Source: an uncultured bacterium (GTDB lineage: Bacteria > Auribacterota > Erginobacteria > Erginobacterales > Erginobacteraceae). From it: 64,000 nt of DNA. The stretch lies in assembly GCA_963822585.1 (NCBI GenBank), contig CAWGIE010000008.1:32001-96000 (forward strand). The letters are read 5' to 3'. Below, piece by piece: positions 28,099-38,588 of the stretch (the stretch's first letter is position 1; every line of letters starts with the position of its first letter). Below the pieces are notes generated by a model, which saw only the letters and a list, made by a program, of their open reading frames with translations, was not told the DNA's origin and ran no database searches. The position numbers and the translations under genes are program-made.

Positions 28099-28725
28099 AT
28101 GAGTCACACCGCGATAGAAAAATCAATCAAGACGGATATTATCCGTAAGAACACGCTCCTGAAAAAGATCCGCCGCATGGATCGCCGGGTGGAGGAGTAT
28201 CGTCAGCAGGCGGCGGAGTGCCGTAGCCGCCGCCATCACAAAAAATATCTTGCCACCGCCGCGAGATATTCCGCTGAGATGAACCGGCTCCGGCCGATGG
28301 CCCTGGAGCTGGTTGAAGATCTGGACGGCCGGATCCATGAAGAGCTGGCCTTCTCGGTGGAAGAGGTCAATACTTTTAAGGACCAGCTACGGGAGGAAAA
28401 GGCCGAGGTCGAAAAGATTTCGGCAAAACTGGAAAAAGTGGAAGGCAAGCTTCACGCTGATCAGGAACGGTATGCCGAGGAAATTAAAACAGATAAGGAA
28501 GCTCCCGCCCCGGAGAAGCTGAAGAAACTGCTCGATCAAGAAAAGGTCCAGGATGCCCGGCTGAAGAAACAGAAGAAGATGGAGGAAAAGAAAGTCGCCG
28601 GGCTGGAAAAAGAACTGTCCTCCGAAGAGACCGACCGGAAGATATTCGAGGGGGAGCTCGGTCACATGGAAACGGAAAAGAAGATTTTGAATAAGGATTT
28701 ACCCGGGCCGGCCCCGGAGGGATAG
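28099..28725 (+). CDS. Coiled-coil hypothetical protein
   Basis: K/E-rich heptads, GGGGAG RBS. Confidence 0.8.
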   Translation: MSHTAIEKSIKTDIIRKNTLLKKIRRMDRRVEEYRQQAAECRSRRHHKKYLATAARYSAEMNRLRPMALELVEDLDGRIHEELAFSVEEVNTFKDQLREEKAEVEKISAKLEKVEGKLHADQERYAEEIKTDKEAPAPEKLKKLLDQEKVQDARLKKQKKMEEKKVAGLEKELSSEETDRKIFEGELGHMETEKKILNKDLPGPAPEG

Positions 28726-28728
28726 GTC

Positions 28729-29778
28729 ATGAAATTTCTTGCCGGTGTGGTTATGGGGTTTCTTGTGTCCGCCGGCGCTGTTTATTCTCAACCCCCCGAG
28801 GCCGCCCGCCCCGCCGCGGCCGCGCCGCCCGCCGCCTACGATCGGATAGTCGCCCCGGTCGTGGCCCGAAATGCCACCCCCGCCCAGATCGAGAGCGCCC
28901 TCAATCTCATTGCCCGGACCTGGGGGATCTTCTCTTCCCTGCAGTATCTTCATCTCCCGATCCCCGGCGGTGAAGCGGGACTGCTCTTCCTGCGGGGGAA
29001 GGGGGACGAGGTCGCGGAAGCGCTCCGCGTCGCTGAGTGCCTGGACCGGTTCTACCCTCCCCCCTCTGGCCCTCCACTATTGACGTCCCTTCCGCTTCTC
29101 CATCTGGGTGCTTCTGCAATGAGGGAGAAGCTGCTGAACCTCTCCGGCCTGGTTTCCCTGGGGATCGAACCGGAGCAGCTGGTTATTTATCCCTCTGCCG
29201 CCGGGGGTTCCCTGTTCTTTCTCGGATCGCCCGCGGCGGCCAAACAGGTCCGCGAGATCACGGAGGAACTTGACCGCCCCCGCTATGAATCGTTCGCTGA
29301 TATGGCGTCGGCATTTCTGCGGACTTTCCGGGGGGATTTCGCTTCTCATTTCCTTACCATCAGCACCTACGCCGCTTCCGCCCTCCTGCTGCTTCTGATC
29401 CACTTTATCCTGATTCATATCCCCTGGCTGGGCCCGCTTTACCAGCGCTGGTTTACCCTGATCTGGACCCGGCTGATCGATGATGTCAAGGGGAGAGATT
29501 TTGTTTTCGAGGTGATCAAGAGCCTGACGGAGACCGCGGTCGAAGTAGTGGAACAGTCTTCCTGTGCCCCGATGGGGGCCGGAGGTTCTTCCGGGGAGAC
29601 CCTGAGCGGAGAGCAGAAAAAGAGCCGGGCGATGGCCGTTGCCCGGGATCTGGCAATTTTCCGGGGCTTCAACCCGGACGATCCGGACGTCAAGCGGGTG
29701 ATGAATGACCTGATCGAAGCCGCCGTCTACCGGCTGAATCGGCCCCCGGAGGATAAAAATCGGGGGGAGATTCATTGA
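28729..29778 (+). CDS. Membrane protein with secretin-N (NolW)-like repeats and LL-H holin-like C-terminus
   Basis: SLFFLGSPAAAKQVREITEELDRP; TM; AVEVVEQ..GEQKK..LIEAAVYRLN. Confidence 0.55.
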   Translation: MKFLAGVVMGFLVSAGAVYSQPPEAARPAAAAPPAAYDRIVAPVVARNATPAQIESALNLIARTWGIFSSLQYLHLPIPGGEAGLLFLRGKGDEVAEALRVAECLDRFYPPPSGPPLLTSLPLLHLGASAMREKLLNLSGLVSLGIEPEQLVIYPSAAGGSLFFLGSPAAAKQVREITEELDRPRYESFADMASAFLRTFRGDFASHFLTISTYAASALLLLLIHFILIHIPWLGPLYQRWFTLIWTRLIDDVKGRDFVFEVIKSLTETAVEVVEQSSCAPMGAGGSSGETLSGEQKKSRAMAVARDLAIFRGFNPDDPDVKRVMNDLIEAAVYRLNRPPEDKNRGEIH

Positions 29779-30533
29779 AGGCGGTTCCGGACGGCCCCCC
29801 AGTTCCCCGCCCGGGGACGACTATTGTTGGCGCATTAAAGATGGTGAACTCCCATCCCGCTCTGATCGCCGGCTGGCTGTTTATATCCCTCTTCGGTCTG
29901 GCTTTTAGTCAGATTCTTAATCTCATCGAGGTATCACCCTGGCTGAAGATCCCCCTTCTGTTCTGCTGGTGGCTGCTGTATTTTTTCTTCTTTGCCGGTT
30001 TTATGGGTAGTTTTGATATTATGCTGAACCTGGGAAGTTGGAATCCCCTGGCGGTTCTGGAGAGCGGGAAGCATTATTTCTGGCGTTTTGTCCGGGTCGG
30101 CATAGTGGAAGGTATTATCGTACTGATCCCGGTGGCCCTGGGGGTGGTATTGGTTTTGTTGCTCGCATCGGGAAACAGACCTGTCTATTTTTCGGTGGTC
30201 ATAATGAGCGGCTTGGCCGGCATCGTGATTGTCTTCTTCCTTATTTTCGCCTATGCGGGCGTGGTGGTTGAGGAGGCCAATGCCGTCGCGGCCGTCTTTT
30301 ACAGCTGCCGGGTTGTAAGAACGTATCCTCTTCAGACCCTGTCTCTTCTGGTGATATTTTCAGGGTTCCCCGTGTTGTTCTCATTACTGACCAGGGGATT
30401 ACAGGTATCTAGTGCGCCTCTCGCGATATTGATACTGAATAATCTGTTCGCCGCCTACGGGGGACTGCTCCTGATGGCGGGACTGGTTTACTTCTCCGTG
30501 GCTTTGAAGAGAATCGGCGTCTCGGGAAAGTAA
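29775..30533 (+). CDS. Polytopic membrane protein
   Basis: About six TM helices, GKHYFWRF; coupled to upstream gene. Confidence 0.75.
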   Translation: MKAVPDGPPVPRPGTTIVGALKMVNSHPALIAGWLFISLFGLAFSQILNLIEVSPWLKIPLLFCWWLLYFFFFAGFMGSFDIMLNLGSWNPLAVLESGKHYFWRFVRVGIVEGIIVLIPVALGVVLVLLLASGNRPVYFSVVIMSGLAGIVIVFFLIFAYAGVVVEEANAVAAVFYSCRVVRTYPLQTLSLLVIFSGFPVLFSLLTRGLQVSSAPLAILILNNLFAAYGGLLLMAGLVYFSVALKRIGVSGK

Positions 30534-30642
30534 ACATTGATTATCCGGAGTACGGAGATGATACGGCCCCGGCGACTGGATCGCCGGGGCCGGCGCAGAC
30601 CACGAAGTAAGTTCACCTCGCCGCCGGGAGGCGGAGAAGAAG

Positions 30643-30972
30643 CTATTTCATTTTTTCCAGGGCCTCTTTCTCACCGGCATAAATATTAAAGAGGGGGGTG
30701 AAGCCGGCTGTTTCGAAGACTTCTTTGACGTAGGGCTTTAACGAACAGAGAGATATGTTTCCTTTGATCTTCTTGAGCGCCTTGGCGGTGGCAAGGAGTA
30801 CCCGCAGCCCGGCGGATGATATATACTCGGTATTCGAAAAATCGCAGAGAATCTTTTCGGTTCCGGATTTAATGGTTTGATTCAGGTCCGCTTCCACTTC
30901 CTTGGCGGAATAAGCGTCAAACCGCGGAACCATCGACACTACCAGGATCCCGTCGCATTTTTTTGTTTCCAT
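30643..30972 (-). CDS. STAS domain anti-sigma factor antagonist
   Basis: DFSNTEYISSAGLRVLL, VKEVFETAGF. Confidence 0.95.
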   Translation of the reverse strand: METKKCDGILVVSMVPRFDAYSAKEVEADLNQTIKSGTEKILCDFSNTEYISSAGLRVLLATAKALKKIKGNISLCSLKPYVKEVFETAGFTPLFNIYAGEKEALEKMK

Positions 30973-31087
30973 GATAAGCCTCCTTAACCCGATGTATTGA
31001 TAAGATGTTTTAAGTTAGTTTGAAGGGAACTCATATAGTAATATAGAATGTCGGAATTAATAAAGATATTTTTTCGGGAGACTGGCT

Positions 31088-31774
31088 ATGAAAAAACGGC
31101 AGGCCGCTGACCATGCCGGCCACCGGCAGCGTCTCAGGGATCGGTTTCAAAAGACGGGTCTGCAAGGATTCCACGACTATGAAATCGTGGAGTTCCTTCT
31201 GACTCTCGGACAGCCGCAAAAAGACCTCAAGCCGCAGGCCAAGGACGCGATCAGGAAATTCGGTTCACTGAAAGGGGTATTGAACGCCTTACCCGAACAG
31301 CTGCAGGAGATTAAAGGCCTGGGCCCGAAGAACATTTTCGGCCTTCGGCTGGCCCGGGAGATAGCTTCGCTTTATCTGAGGGAGAAGGCGCGGGAGAAAC
31401 CCCTGGCCGGTTCCCCCCGGGCGGTCTATAATTTTCTTCGGCAGGCTCTGGGAGGGCTGCCGAACGAGGTATTCCAGGTTATCTTCCTCAATAACGCCAA
31501 TAAAATCATCGAGGCCGAGCAGCTCTTCCAGGGCACCGTCGACCGTTCGGCGATTCATCCCCGGGAAGTCATCAAGGCCGCTTTAAAAAATAACGCCACC
31601 CGGGTTATTTTCGCCCACAACCATCCGGGAGGGAGTCTTCGTCCCAGCGCCGAAGATAATGAGATCACCGCCCGCTTGAAGGCTGCCTGCGGCGCTGTCG
31701 GGATCGATGTCCTCGATCATATTATCGTGACCGGAGACGGCTATTTCAGCATGGCGGAACATGGACTGATCTAA
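31088..31774 (+). CDS. radC: RadC (JAB domain) protein
   Basis: GHRQRLR, HPREV, AHNHPGG, LDHII. Confidence 0.95.
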   Translation: MKKRQAADHAGHRQRLRDRFQKTGLQGFHDYEIVEFLLTLGQPQKDLKPQAKDAIRKFGSLKGVLNALPEQLQEIKGLGPKNIFGLRLAREIASLYLREKAREKPLAGSPRAVYNFLRQALGGLPNEVFQVIFLNNANKIIEAEQLFQGTVDRSAIHPREVIKAALKNNATRVIFAHNHPGGSLRPSAEDNEITARLKAACGAVGIDVLDHIIVTGDGYFSMAEHGLI

Positions 31775-31988
31775 AGTGCGGACGATGATGGTTGATTGGA
31801 ATCATGGGGGATGCAAAAGATACAGGTTAACTAAAATGGAGTGTTGGAGTATTGGAATGATGGAGTGATGGGGAACCGGGGAAGCACGCCCGGCTCCCGG
31901 CGCCCATTATTCCACCACTCCATCACTCCAGTACTCCATTCATACATGTGTAACCGGTCTGATAAATTTTTAAACGTGAGATAATCTG

Positions 31989-32621
31989 ATGATCATTAAA
32001 CGACTCACCGTCGGGCCTCTGCAGGCGAACTGCTACGTCCTGGCGGATGACGACGGGAAAGCGGCGATCATCGATCCCGGCGGGGATCCGGATGAGATCT
32101 CCTCGGTAATCCGAAGGGAGAATTTGACCCCGGTTATCCTGATCAACACCCATGGCCACGTCGATCATATCGCCGCCAACCGCGCCCTGAAAGACCGCTA
32201 CGAGGTGCCCCTGGCGATCCATCAGGAGGATGCCGCTTCCCTGACCGATCCGGCTTTAAATCTGAGCGACCTCGGCCTCGGTCGTATCGACTCGCCGCCC
32301 TGTGACCGGGAACTCCGGGATGGCGATGAGGTCATAGTTGGGCGGCTGAAATTGGAGGTCCTTGCCACCCCCGGGCACAGCCCGGGAAGCATATGCCTGC
32401 TTCTTTCCCGCCCGGACGAGCCGGATATCCTCTTTACCGGAGACACCCTCTTCGCCGGGGGAGTCGGCCGCACTGATTTCCCCGGAGGCTCCATGAATCA
32501 ACTCATGGAGAGTATCAGGAATCGCCTGCTGTCTTTGCCGGAGGATACGATTATCCTGCCCGGTCATGGACCCCATTCTTCGATCGGTGAAGAAAGGAAT
32601 TCCAATCCCTTTATAACTTAA
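31989..32621 (+). CDS. MBL-fold metallo-hydrolase (glyoxalase II-like)
   Basis: THGHVDH, TPGHSPG, GDTLF, PGHG. Confidence 0.95.
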   Translation: MIIKRLTVGPLQANCYVLADDDGKAAIIDPGGDPDEISSVIRRENLTPVILINTHGHVDHIAANRALKDRYEVPLAIHQEDAASLTDPALNLSDLGLGRIDSPPCDRELRDGDEVIVGRLKLEVLATPGHSPGSICLLLSRPDEPDILFTGDTLFAGGVGRTDFPGGSMNQLMESIRNRLLSLPEDTIILPGHGPHSSIGEERNSNPFIT

Positions 32622-32637
32622 TTTTTTTGATGGAATA

Positions 32638-33606
32638 ATGGTGGAAAAAACCCCGCAGGAAATAATAATAAGCCAACAGAATGATGGCGGCCACGTTCAA
32701 AACATACATTTTCCACAGGAAAATGTATATCTGGATGAGTTCATCGCCTACCTCGATATCGAACGCGGGCTGAGTCCCAATACGACCGGCAGTTACCGGA
32801 CGGATTTGGAAAAATTCAGCAGATTTCTGAATCGTAAGGGCAGAAGAGGGTTTGAAGAGGTTGCGCGGGACGATGTGATTGATTTCTTAATGGCTGAGAA
32901 AGATCGCGGCCTGACCCCGCGGTCCCTCTCCCGGGCGTTGGTCTCCATCCGGATGCTCTTCCGCTTCCTGACCCTGGAGGGATACCTGAGACGGGATGTG
33001 ACCGAAGTGGTGGAGTCGCCCCGTCTCTGGAAGATTCTCCCCCAGGTTCTCTCGATCGCCGAAGTGGACTCCCTGCTTCGCCAGCCGGATATTTCCACCC
33101 CCCTGGGCATACGGGACCGGGCGATTCTGGAACTTCTCTATGCCAGCGGGTTGCGGGCCTCGGAATTGATCGGCCTCAGGGTGGAGGACATCAATCTTCA
33201 GTCTGGTTTTGTCCGCGCCTGGGGGAAAGGCTCTCGGGAGAGGATCGTCCCTCTGGGCAGTAAAGCCGCCCGTGCTCTTGATGAATATCTGCGGAACGTG
33301 CGGCCCCTGCTGTTGAAAGGGGCCGGCTCGCCGTATCTGTTCCTGTCTCGCCGGGGAAAGCCCTTTACGCGCCAGTGGTTGTGGTGTCTGCTCAAAAAGT
33401 ACATGCTCGGGGCGGGGATTAAAAAACAAGCCAGCCCGCACACGCTCCGCCATTCGTTTGCCACCCATCTTCTCAGCCAGGGGGCCGACCTCAGGGTTGT
33501 CCAGGAGATGCTCGGCCATTCAAACATCAGTACTACCCAGATTTATACCCATGTTGACCGTGAGCACCTGAAGGAAGTGCACCGGCGATTTCATCCGCGG
33601 GGATAA
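32638..33606 (+). CDS. xerD: Site-specific tyrosine recombinase XerD
   Basis: ERGLSPNT, LYASGLRASEL, GKGSRER, HTLRHSFATHLL, LGH..TTQIYTHV. Confidence 0.9.
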   Translation: MVEKTPQEIIISQQNDGGHVQNIHFPQENVYLDEFIAYLDIERGLSPNTTGSYRTDLEKFSRFLNRKGRRGFEEVARDDVIDFLMAEKDRGLTPRSLSRALVSIRMLFRFLTLEGYLRRDVTEVVESPRLWKILPQVLSIAEVDSLLRQPDISTPLGIRDRAILELLYASGLRASELIGLRVEDINLQSGFVRAWGKGSRERIVPLGSKAARALDEYLRNVRPLLLKGAGSPYLFLSRRGKPFTRQWLWCLLKKYMLGAGIKKQASPHTLRHSFATHLLSQGADLRVVQEMLGHSNISTTQIYTHVDREHLKEVHRRFHPRG

Positions 33607-33983
33607 AATCGCGGGATGTTCTTTCCCCCCCGGAACACCACCGGATCCCCCATTACCGGTTCGGAAAATTCTTCTTGCTATCTGTAAACCTTTTAACTAT
33701 TATAATGAAAATTATTGTCTCGACGAATTTTTATAAATATGTTCCTGTTGCGGAATTTCAATAATCGGAAAAATCCGATTATCGAAATTCCGAAACAAAC
33801 GAAAAAGCAACCAAAACAACAATTTTTGTTTTTTCCTGTCTAATACTAAGAACGTACCGTTATGGATTAAGCAGTCGGATACGAACTCATTTTTGGATTG
33901 CCATTAAGCTGTTTTAAGTTTTAAAAGCGAATATTCACTACATTAGTGGCAAAGCCGCTAATGTACGAAGGAGGTCATACGCC

Positions 33984-34901
33984 ATGTTCTCAAAAAAGTT
34001 ATTGATTGTTGACGATGAAAAGCAGGTCAGGGAACTGTTGTATCAATACTTTGATCGGTTGGGTTTTTCGGTTAAAGCGGTTTCTTCGGGGAAAGAAGCC
34101 CTGCAGAAGATGGAGTCGTTTATACCGAATCTGGTGCTTCTTGATTATATGATGCCGGGGACCAATGGATTGGAAGTATTTCCGGATATTAAAAAGCTGT
34201 TTCCCTTTGCCAAGGTCATCATTCTGACCGGGAGGGGATCGGAAGAGATCGCGGTCAAAGCCCTGAAGGTGGGGGTTAACGATTACATCACCAAGCCGTT
34301 TGAATTGTCCCGGATTCGCGACGTGGTACGGTTTTATCTCGACCAGCAGCAGGAGGAATTGATCTGGCTGAATGGAAAATATCACTACCCGCTGGAGGAT
34401 GAGTTCCTTAACCGGTATGAATATCTGCGTCTGGTGCATGCCCAGGCCGATCTGGGGGTCAAGACCATCAGCTCTTTTTTCAGCTTTTCCCGCCAGGATT
34501 TTTATAATTACCTGAATAAGTTCAAGGAATGGGGACTACTGGGGATTATCGGTCAACGGGAATTGAAGAAATTGATCTCCGAATACGGGGAGACCAGGCT
34601 TTACATAAAAAAACTGCCCGGATTTCTCCCCTTTCCTTTCCTGGAGGAAAAAGCCGAAGGAAAAACATACAGTCTTCGTTCATTCTTGAACTGGAGAGAT
34701 CCCGCTCAGGTAAAGCTGGAGATGATCCGGGAGGCGGCAACCGCCGAGAAACCCCATGTCGGATCGATCTGCAAGAAATACGGGATAACCCGGGAAGCCT
34801 TTTATCAGAATTATCGCGCGTTCGAAGCGCGGGGTATTTTCGGCCTGCTCCGAAGGAAAAAAGGCCGGCCCCGGAAGGACGCGCCGAAAAGCGCAGCTTA
34901 A
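33984..34901 (+). CDS. Response regulator with two HTH output domains
   Basis: REC (IVDDE, LLDYMMPG, TKPF) plus two SRxxFY..F...G..GL repeats. Confidence 0.85.
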   Translation: MFSKKLLIVDDEKQVRELLYQYFDRLGFSVKAVSSGKEALQKMESFIPNLVLLDYMMPGTNGLEVFPDIKKLFPFAKVIILTGRGSEEIAVKALKVGVNDYITKPFELSRIRDVVRFYLDQQQEELIWLNGKYHYPLEDEFLNRYEYLRLVHAQADLGVKTISSFFSFSRQDFYNYLNKFKEWGLLGIIGQRELKKLISEYGETRLYIKKLPGFLPFPFLEEKAEGKTYSLRSFLNWRDPAQVKLEMIREAATAEKPHVGSICKKYGITREAFYQNYRAFEARGIFGLLRRKKGRPRKDAPKSAA

Positions 34902-35317
34902 TCAGCGGGTTTGATCTTCCGGCTGGCGTGCGCAAGCTATTTACCACGAAGTCCACGAAGGTCACGAAGAAAATCAGGGTAAGTACTCTCTCCTCTTCGT
35001 GAACTTCGTGCTCTGCGTGGTTTTTTATTTTTTCTGTGAAAAAATAAAAAAGTATGAAACGTGTGTACTGCGGCTAACAGATGCCTCAAAAATAAAAGTT
35101 GGTTGAGGTTATGGGGCCTTTCTATAATAGTGAATCGATGTAAGATTTGTATTTATGTAGGTCGGTGGGAAATCCCATCAGGTCGATTCTGAAATATTTT
35201 TTTGTCCTATTCAATCACATCCGATCGTCTGTTCAGCAAAGGGGCCGAGGTTGGGGGTGAAAAAGATTTAATCGTCTGTGTTAATAAGTTGCCCAATCGA
35301 AGCGAGAGCTAAGTTCC

Positions 35318-36628
35318 ATGAAAGATGAACCCTTTGATCTCAACCCGATCATCAACGAGAGACTCTCTCCCGGTCTGCAAGGAGTCCTCCGCCGTGTCGG
35401 TCGCTTCGCCGACTCGCGCGGCTGGCATGTCTTCTGCGTGGGAGGGTCGGTCCGCGATGTGCTGCTGGGCGGAAGAGCCAGCTTCGATCTGGACATACTG
35501 GTGGAGGCTCATGGCTTGGAATTCGCCCGTGCCTTCGCCCGGTCGGTCCACGGCCTCTGTAAGCTCTATCGACGTTTCGCCACCGCCATGGTGATCCTCC
35601 CCGGCGGAATCAAGATCGATGTCACTACCACCCGGGATGAATTTTATCCCGAGCCCGGGGCGTTGCCCCGGATCATCCCCGGTTCCCTGGAAGAAGACCT
35701 CCGCCGCCGGGATTTCACCATCAACGCGATGGCTTTTTCCCTCAATGAAGGGCGCTTCGGCCGGTTGATCGACCTCAGCGGGGGAATGTCCGACCTCCGG
35801 GCCCGTATTATCAGGGTGCTCCACGAAGAAAGCTTCCGTGACGATCCGACCCGTGTCTTTCGGGCGGTCCGCTTCCAGCAGCGTCTCGGTTTTTCGATTG
35901 AGCCTCGAACTGAAGAACTGATGAAGACAGCGGTCGATCTGAAGCTGTTCGAGAAAGTATCCCCGGAACGGCTGCGGCATGAGCTGGAACTGATCTTTGA
36001 AGAACCTGATCCGCCTTCCGCCGTCGCCGCCATGGCCAGATATGACGAACTCCGATTTATCCATCCCCGTCTCACCTATTCGCGTGAGCTGGCGGTTCTT
36101 CTGGAGCGCCTCAGAGAAAATTACGATTGGTTCAGGCATACGTTCCCTCAGGAAACGATCTCCCGGTTCCGGCTCTATTTCGGCGCCCTTCTTCTCGCCC
36201 TTGCCTTCCCCGAAATCGCCGCCGCGGGGGAGAGGTTCAATCTCGCGCGGCGTTTTCTCGATCAGCTGCTCGCTGAAAAAAGAGAAGCGGTTGAGAACGA
36301 CCGGATTTTATCCGCCCCCGAGGATATTCCTCCCAGCCGGGTTTTTTCCCTGCTCCGGGGGCGCCTCGATGAGATGGTTCTGATGGCCATGTCCCGAATC
36401 GCTGCGCCGGCGGGGGTGCGCCGGATAAAGACATTTCTGACCGATTACCGCGGGATTACCGGTCTGATCAACGGCGAGGATTTGAGGGGACTCGGATTAT
36501 CCCCGGGTCCGGAGTATAAGCGGATTCTGGATCAACTGCTCTTCGGCCGCCTCGACGGTATGGTTCACTCGCGGGAAGAAGAACTCAGGTTGGCTCGTCA
36601 GTTGGTTGACAAGGTGAAGGAAGGTTGA
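35318..36628 (+). CDS. cca: CCA tRNA nucleotidyltransferase / poly(A) polymerase family
   Basis: VGGSVRD, DLD, DLRRRDFTINAMA, DDPTRVFRAVRF. Confidence 0.85.
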   Translation: MKDEPFDLNPIINERLSPGLQGVLRRVGRFADSRGWHVFCVGGSVRDVLLGGRASFDLDILVEAHGLEFARAFARSVHGLCKLYRRFATAMVILPGGIKIDVTTTRDEFYPEPGALPRIIPGSLEEDLRRRDFTINAMAFSLNEGRFGRLIDLSGGMSDLRARIIRVLHEESFRDDPTRVFRAVRFQQRLGFSIEPRTEELMKTAVDLKLFEKVSPERLRHELELIFEEPDPPSAVAAMARYDELRFIHPRLTYSRELAVLLERLRENYDWFRHTFPQETISRFRLYFGALLLALAFPEIAAAGERFNLARRFLDQLLAEKREAVENDRILSAPEDIPPSRVFSLLRGRLDEMVLMAMSRIAAPAGVRRIKTFLTDYRGITGLINGEDLRGLGLSPGPEYKRILDQLLFGRLDGMVHSREEELRLARQLVDKVKEG

Positions 36629-36792
36629 TATATACAGTGGCACCAATACCTCGGGAATGGAACATCGGCAGAATGGAGTGATGGAGGGGTGGGGTAACGG
36701 GGGGGCGTTTTCCAGCACTCCAGTACTCCAGTACTCCTTCACTCCAGTACTCCGGAACAGTATCCCCGAAAGAAAGACAGGATATCTTTTTT

Positions 36793-37791
36793 ATGACGGA
36801 AACAGAAAACAGTGCTTTTCCCCGGACAATCTTAAGCGGGATACGGCCGACCGGCCCTCTTCACCTCGGCCACCTCTTCGGCGCTCTTTTTAACTGGGCC
36901 TCCCTCCAGGACGAATACCGGTGTTATTACATGGTTGCCGACTGGCACGCATTTTTAAGCGAGTACGAAAACCCGGGCATGGTCAGGGAATATACCAGGG
37001 AGTGTGTTGCCGACTGGCTCAGTGTCGGGCTTGACCCCGAAAGAAGCACTATCTTTGTTCAGTCCGACGTGCAAGAACATGCCGAGCTCCATTTGATATT
37101 ATCGTCACTGACCCCCCTGCCGTGGCTGGAGCGGTGTCCGACCTACAAGGAACAGTTGCGGGAGATCAAGGGGCGGGATCTGCTGACGTACGGTTTTCTG
37201 GGGTATCCCGTTCTGCAGGCGGCGGATATCATGATCTACCGGGCCACCGCCGTTCCGGTCGGGCGCGACCAGGTCCCCCATGTGGAACTTACCCGGGAGA
37301 TCGCCCGCCGCTTCAATAATCTGTACGGTTCTGTTTTTCCCGAGCCCAAACCCCTCCTGACCGAGTCTTCCAAGCTGCCGGGCCTGGACAAGAGGAAGAT
37401 GAGCAAAAGTTACGACAATTTTATTGCTCTCTCCGATCCCCCGGAACTGATCCGGGAAAAAGTGAGGGGGATGATAACCGACACCCGCCGTGTCCGGCTC
37501 CGGGATCCGGGCCATCCGGAAGACTGCAATGTCTTCACCTACCACCGGCTTTTCAGCGCCGGACAGTTGCCGGAGGTGGAGGACTGGTGCCGGAACGCGA
37601 AGCTCGGCTGTACGGAATGCAAGAAATGCCTGGCAGAAGCCCTGATCGGGTTCCTGGAACCGTTACAGGAAAAAAGAAAATACTGGCTCGATGACACCAG
37701 GATTGATGATGTACTGAAAGAGGGAGCCGCCCGTGCCCGGCGCGCCGCGGCGGAAACTCTCTCCCTGGCCCGAGAGGCGATGGGGATATAG
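36793..37791 (+). CDS. trpS: Tryptophan--tRNA ligase
   Basis: SGIRPTG, HLGH, YPVLQAADI, KMSKS. Confidence 0.97.
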   Translation: MTETENSAFPRTILSGIRPTGPLHLGHLFGALFNWASLQDEYRCYYMVADWHAFLSEYENPGMVREYTRECVADWLSVGLDPERSTIFVQSDVQEHAELHLILSSLTPLPWLERCPTYKEQLREIKGRDLLTYGFLGYPVLQAADIMIYRATAVPVGRDQVPHVELTREIARRFNNLYGSVFPEPKPLLTESSKLPGLDKRKMSKSYDNFIALSDPPELIREKVRGMITDTRRVRLRDPGHPEDCNVFTYHRLFSAGQLPEVEDWCRNAKLGCTECKKCLAEALIGFLEPLQEKRKYWLDDTRIDDVLKEGAARARRAAAETLSLAREAMGI

Positions 37792-37823
37792 AACTCTACC
37801 CGCACTTCGTTCAGGCACTTTTA

Positions 37824-38588
37824 ATGGAAGATCACCAATTCCAACTGGAAATTTTCGAGGGGCCGCTTGACCTTCTGCTCTATCTGATCAGGAAGAACGA
37901 GGTCGATATTTACAACATCCCTATACAGAAAATCACTGAGCAGTATCTGAAATACATCGAGCTGATGAAGATCCTGGATCTTGATATAGCCGGTGAATTT
38001 CTGGCTATGGCAACGACGTTGATGCATATTAAATCGCGACTTCTCCTCCCTCCCGAAGAAAGAGAGGAAGAGGAGGAGGAAGAAGATCCCCGCTGGGATC
38101 TGGTCCGGCAGTTACTGGAATACAAGCAGTTCAAAGAGGCGGCGGATACATTCCATAAACTCGAACTTGACCAGGAGAAGACATTTCCCCGGACCGGAGT
38201 TGTCGCTGATCCGGTTCCTTCCAGTGAATTGCCCCTGGAAGATATCGACCTCTTCCAGCTTCTTGACGCCTTTTCTCAGGTATTGAACGAGGCTGAAAAG
38301 CGGCGGCCGCCCGAATTCGAACCGGATAACTTTACCCTGGAGGACGGTCGAAGGCGGGTTCTGGAGAGGATGCGCCTTCGGGACCCGATTTTATTTCACC
38401 TCTTATTCGAGAAAGGAGAATCGCGAACTCGGATCGTGGTCGTTTTTTTGGCCCTGCTGGAGTTGATACGGCAGAAACTGGTTCAGGTTTTTCAGCAGGG
38501 TCACTTCAGTGAGATCATGATCCGGGGGACGAATAATGCCTGCCGGAGAGCAGACGAGAATGACGAAATTCGAATGACGAAAGAATGA
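37824..38588 (+). CDS. scpA: Segregation and condensation protein A
   Basis: FEGPLDLLLYLI, FLALLEL. Confidence 0.95.
   Translation: MEDHQFQLEIFEGPLDLLLYLIRKNEVDIYNIPIQKITEQYLKYIELMKILDLDIAGEFLAMATTLMHIKSRLLLPPEEREEEEEEEDPRWDLVRQLLEYKQFKEAADTFHKLELDQEKTFPRTGVVADPVPSSELPLEDIDLFQLLDAFSQVLNEAEKRRPPEFEPDNFTLEDGRRRVLERMRLRDPILFHLLFEKGESRTRIVVVFLALLELIRQKLVQVFQQGHFSEIMIRGTNNACRRADENDEIRMTKE

Noticed and set aside
32638..33606. Prophage or integron integrase
   Set aside because: Typical XerD sequence in a housekeeping context; no IntI-specific insertion, phage genes or clear attC sites seen
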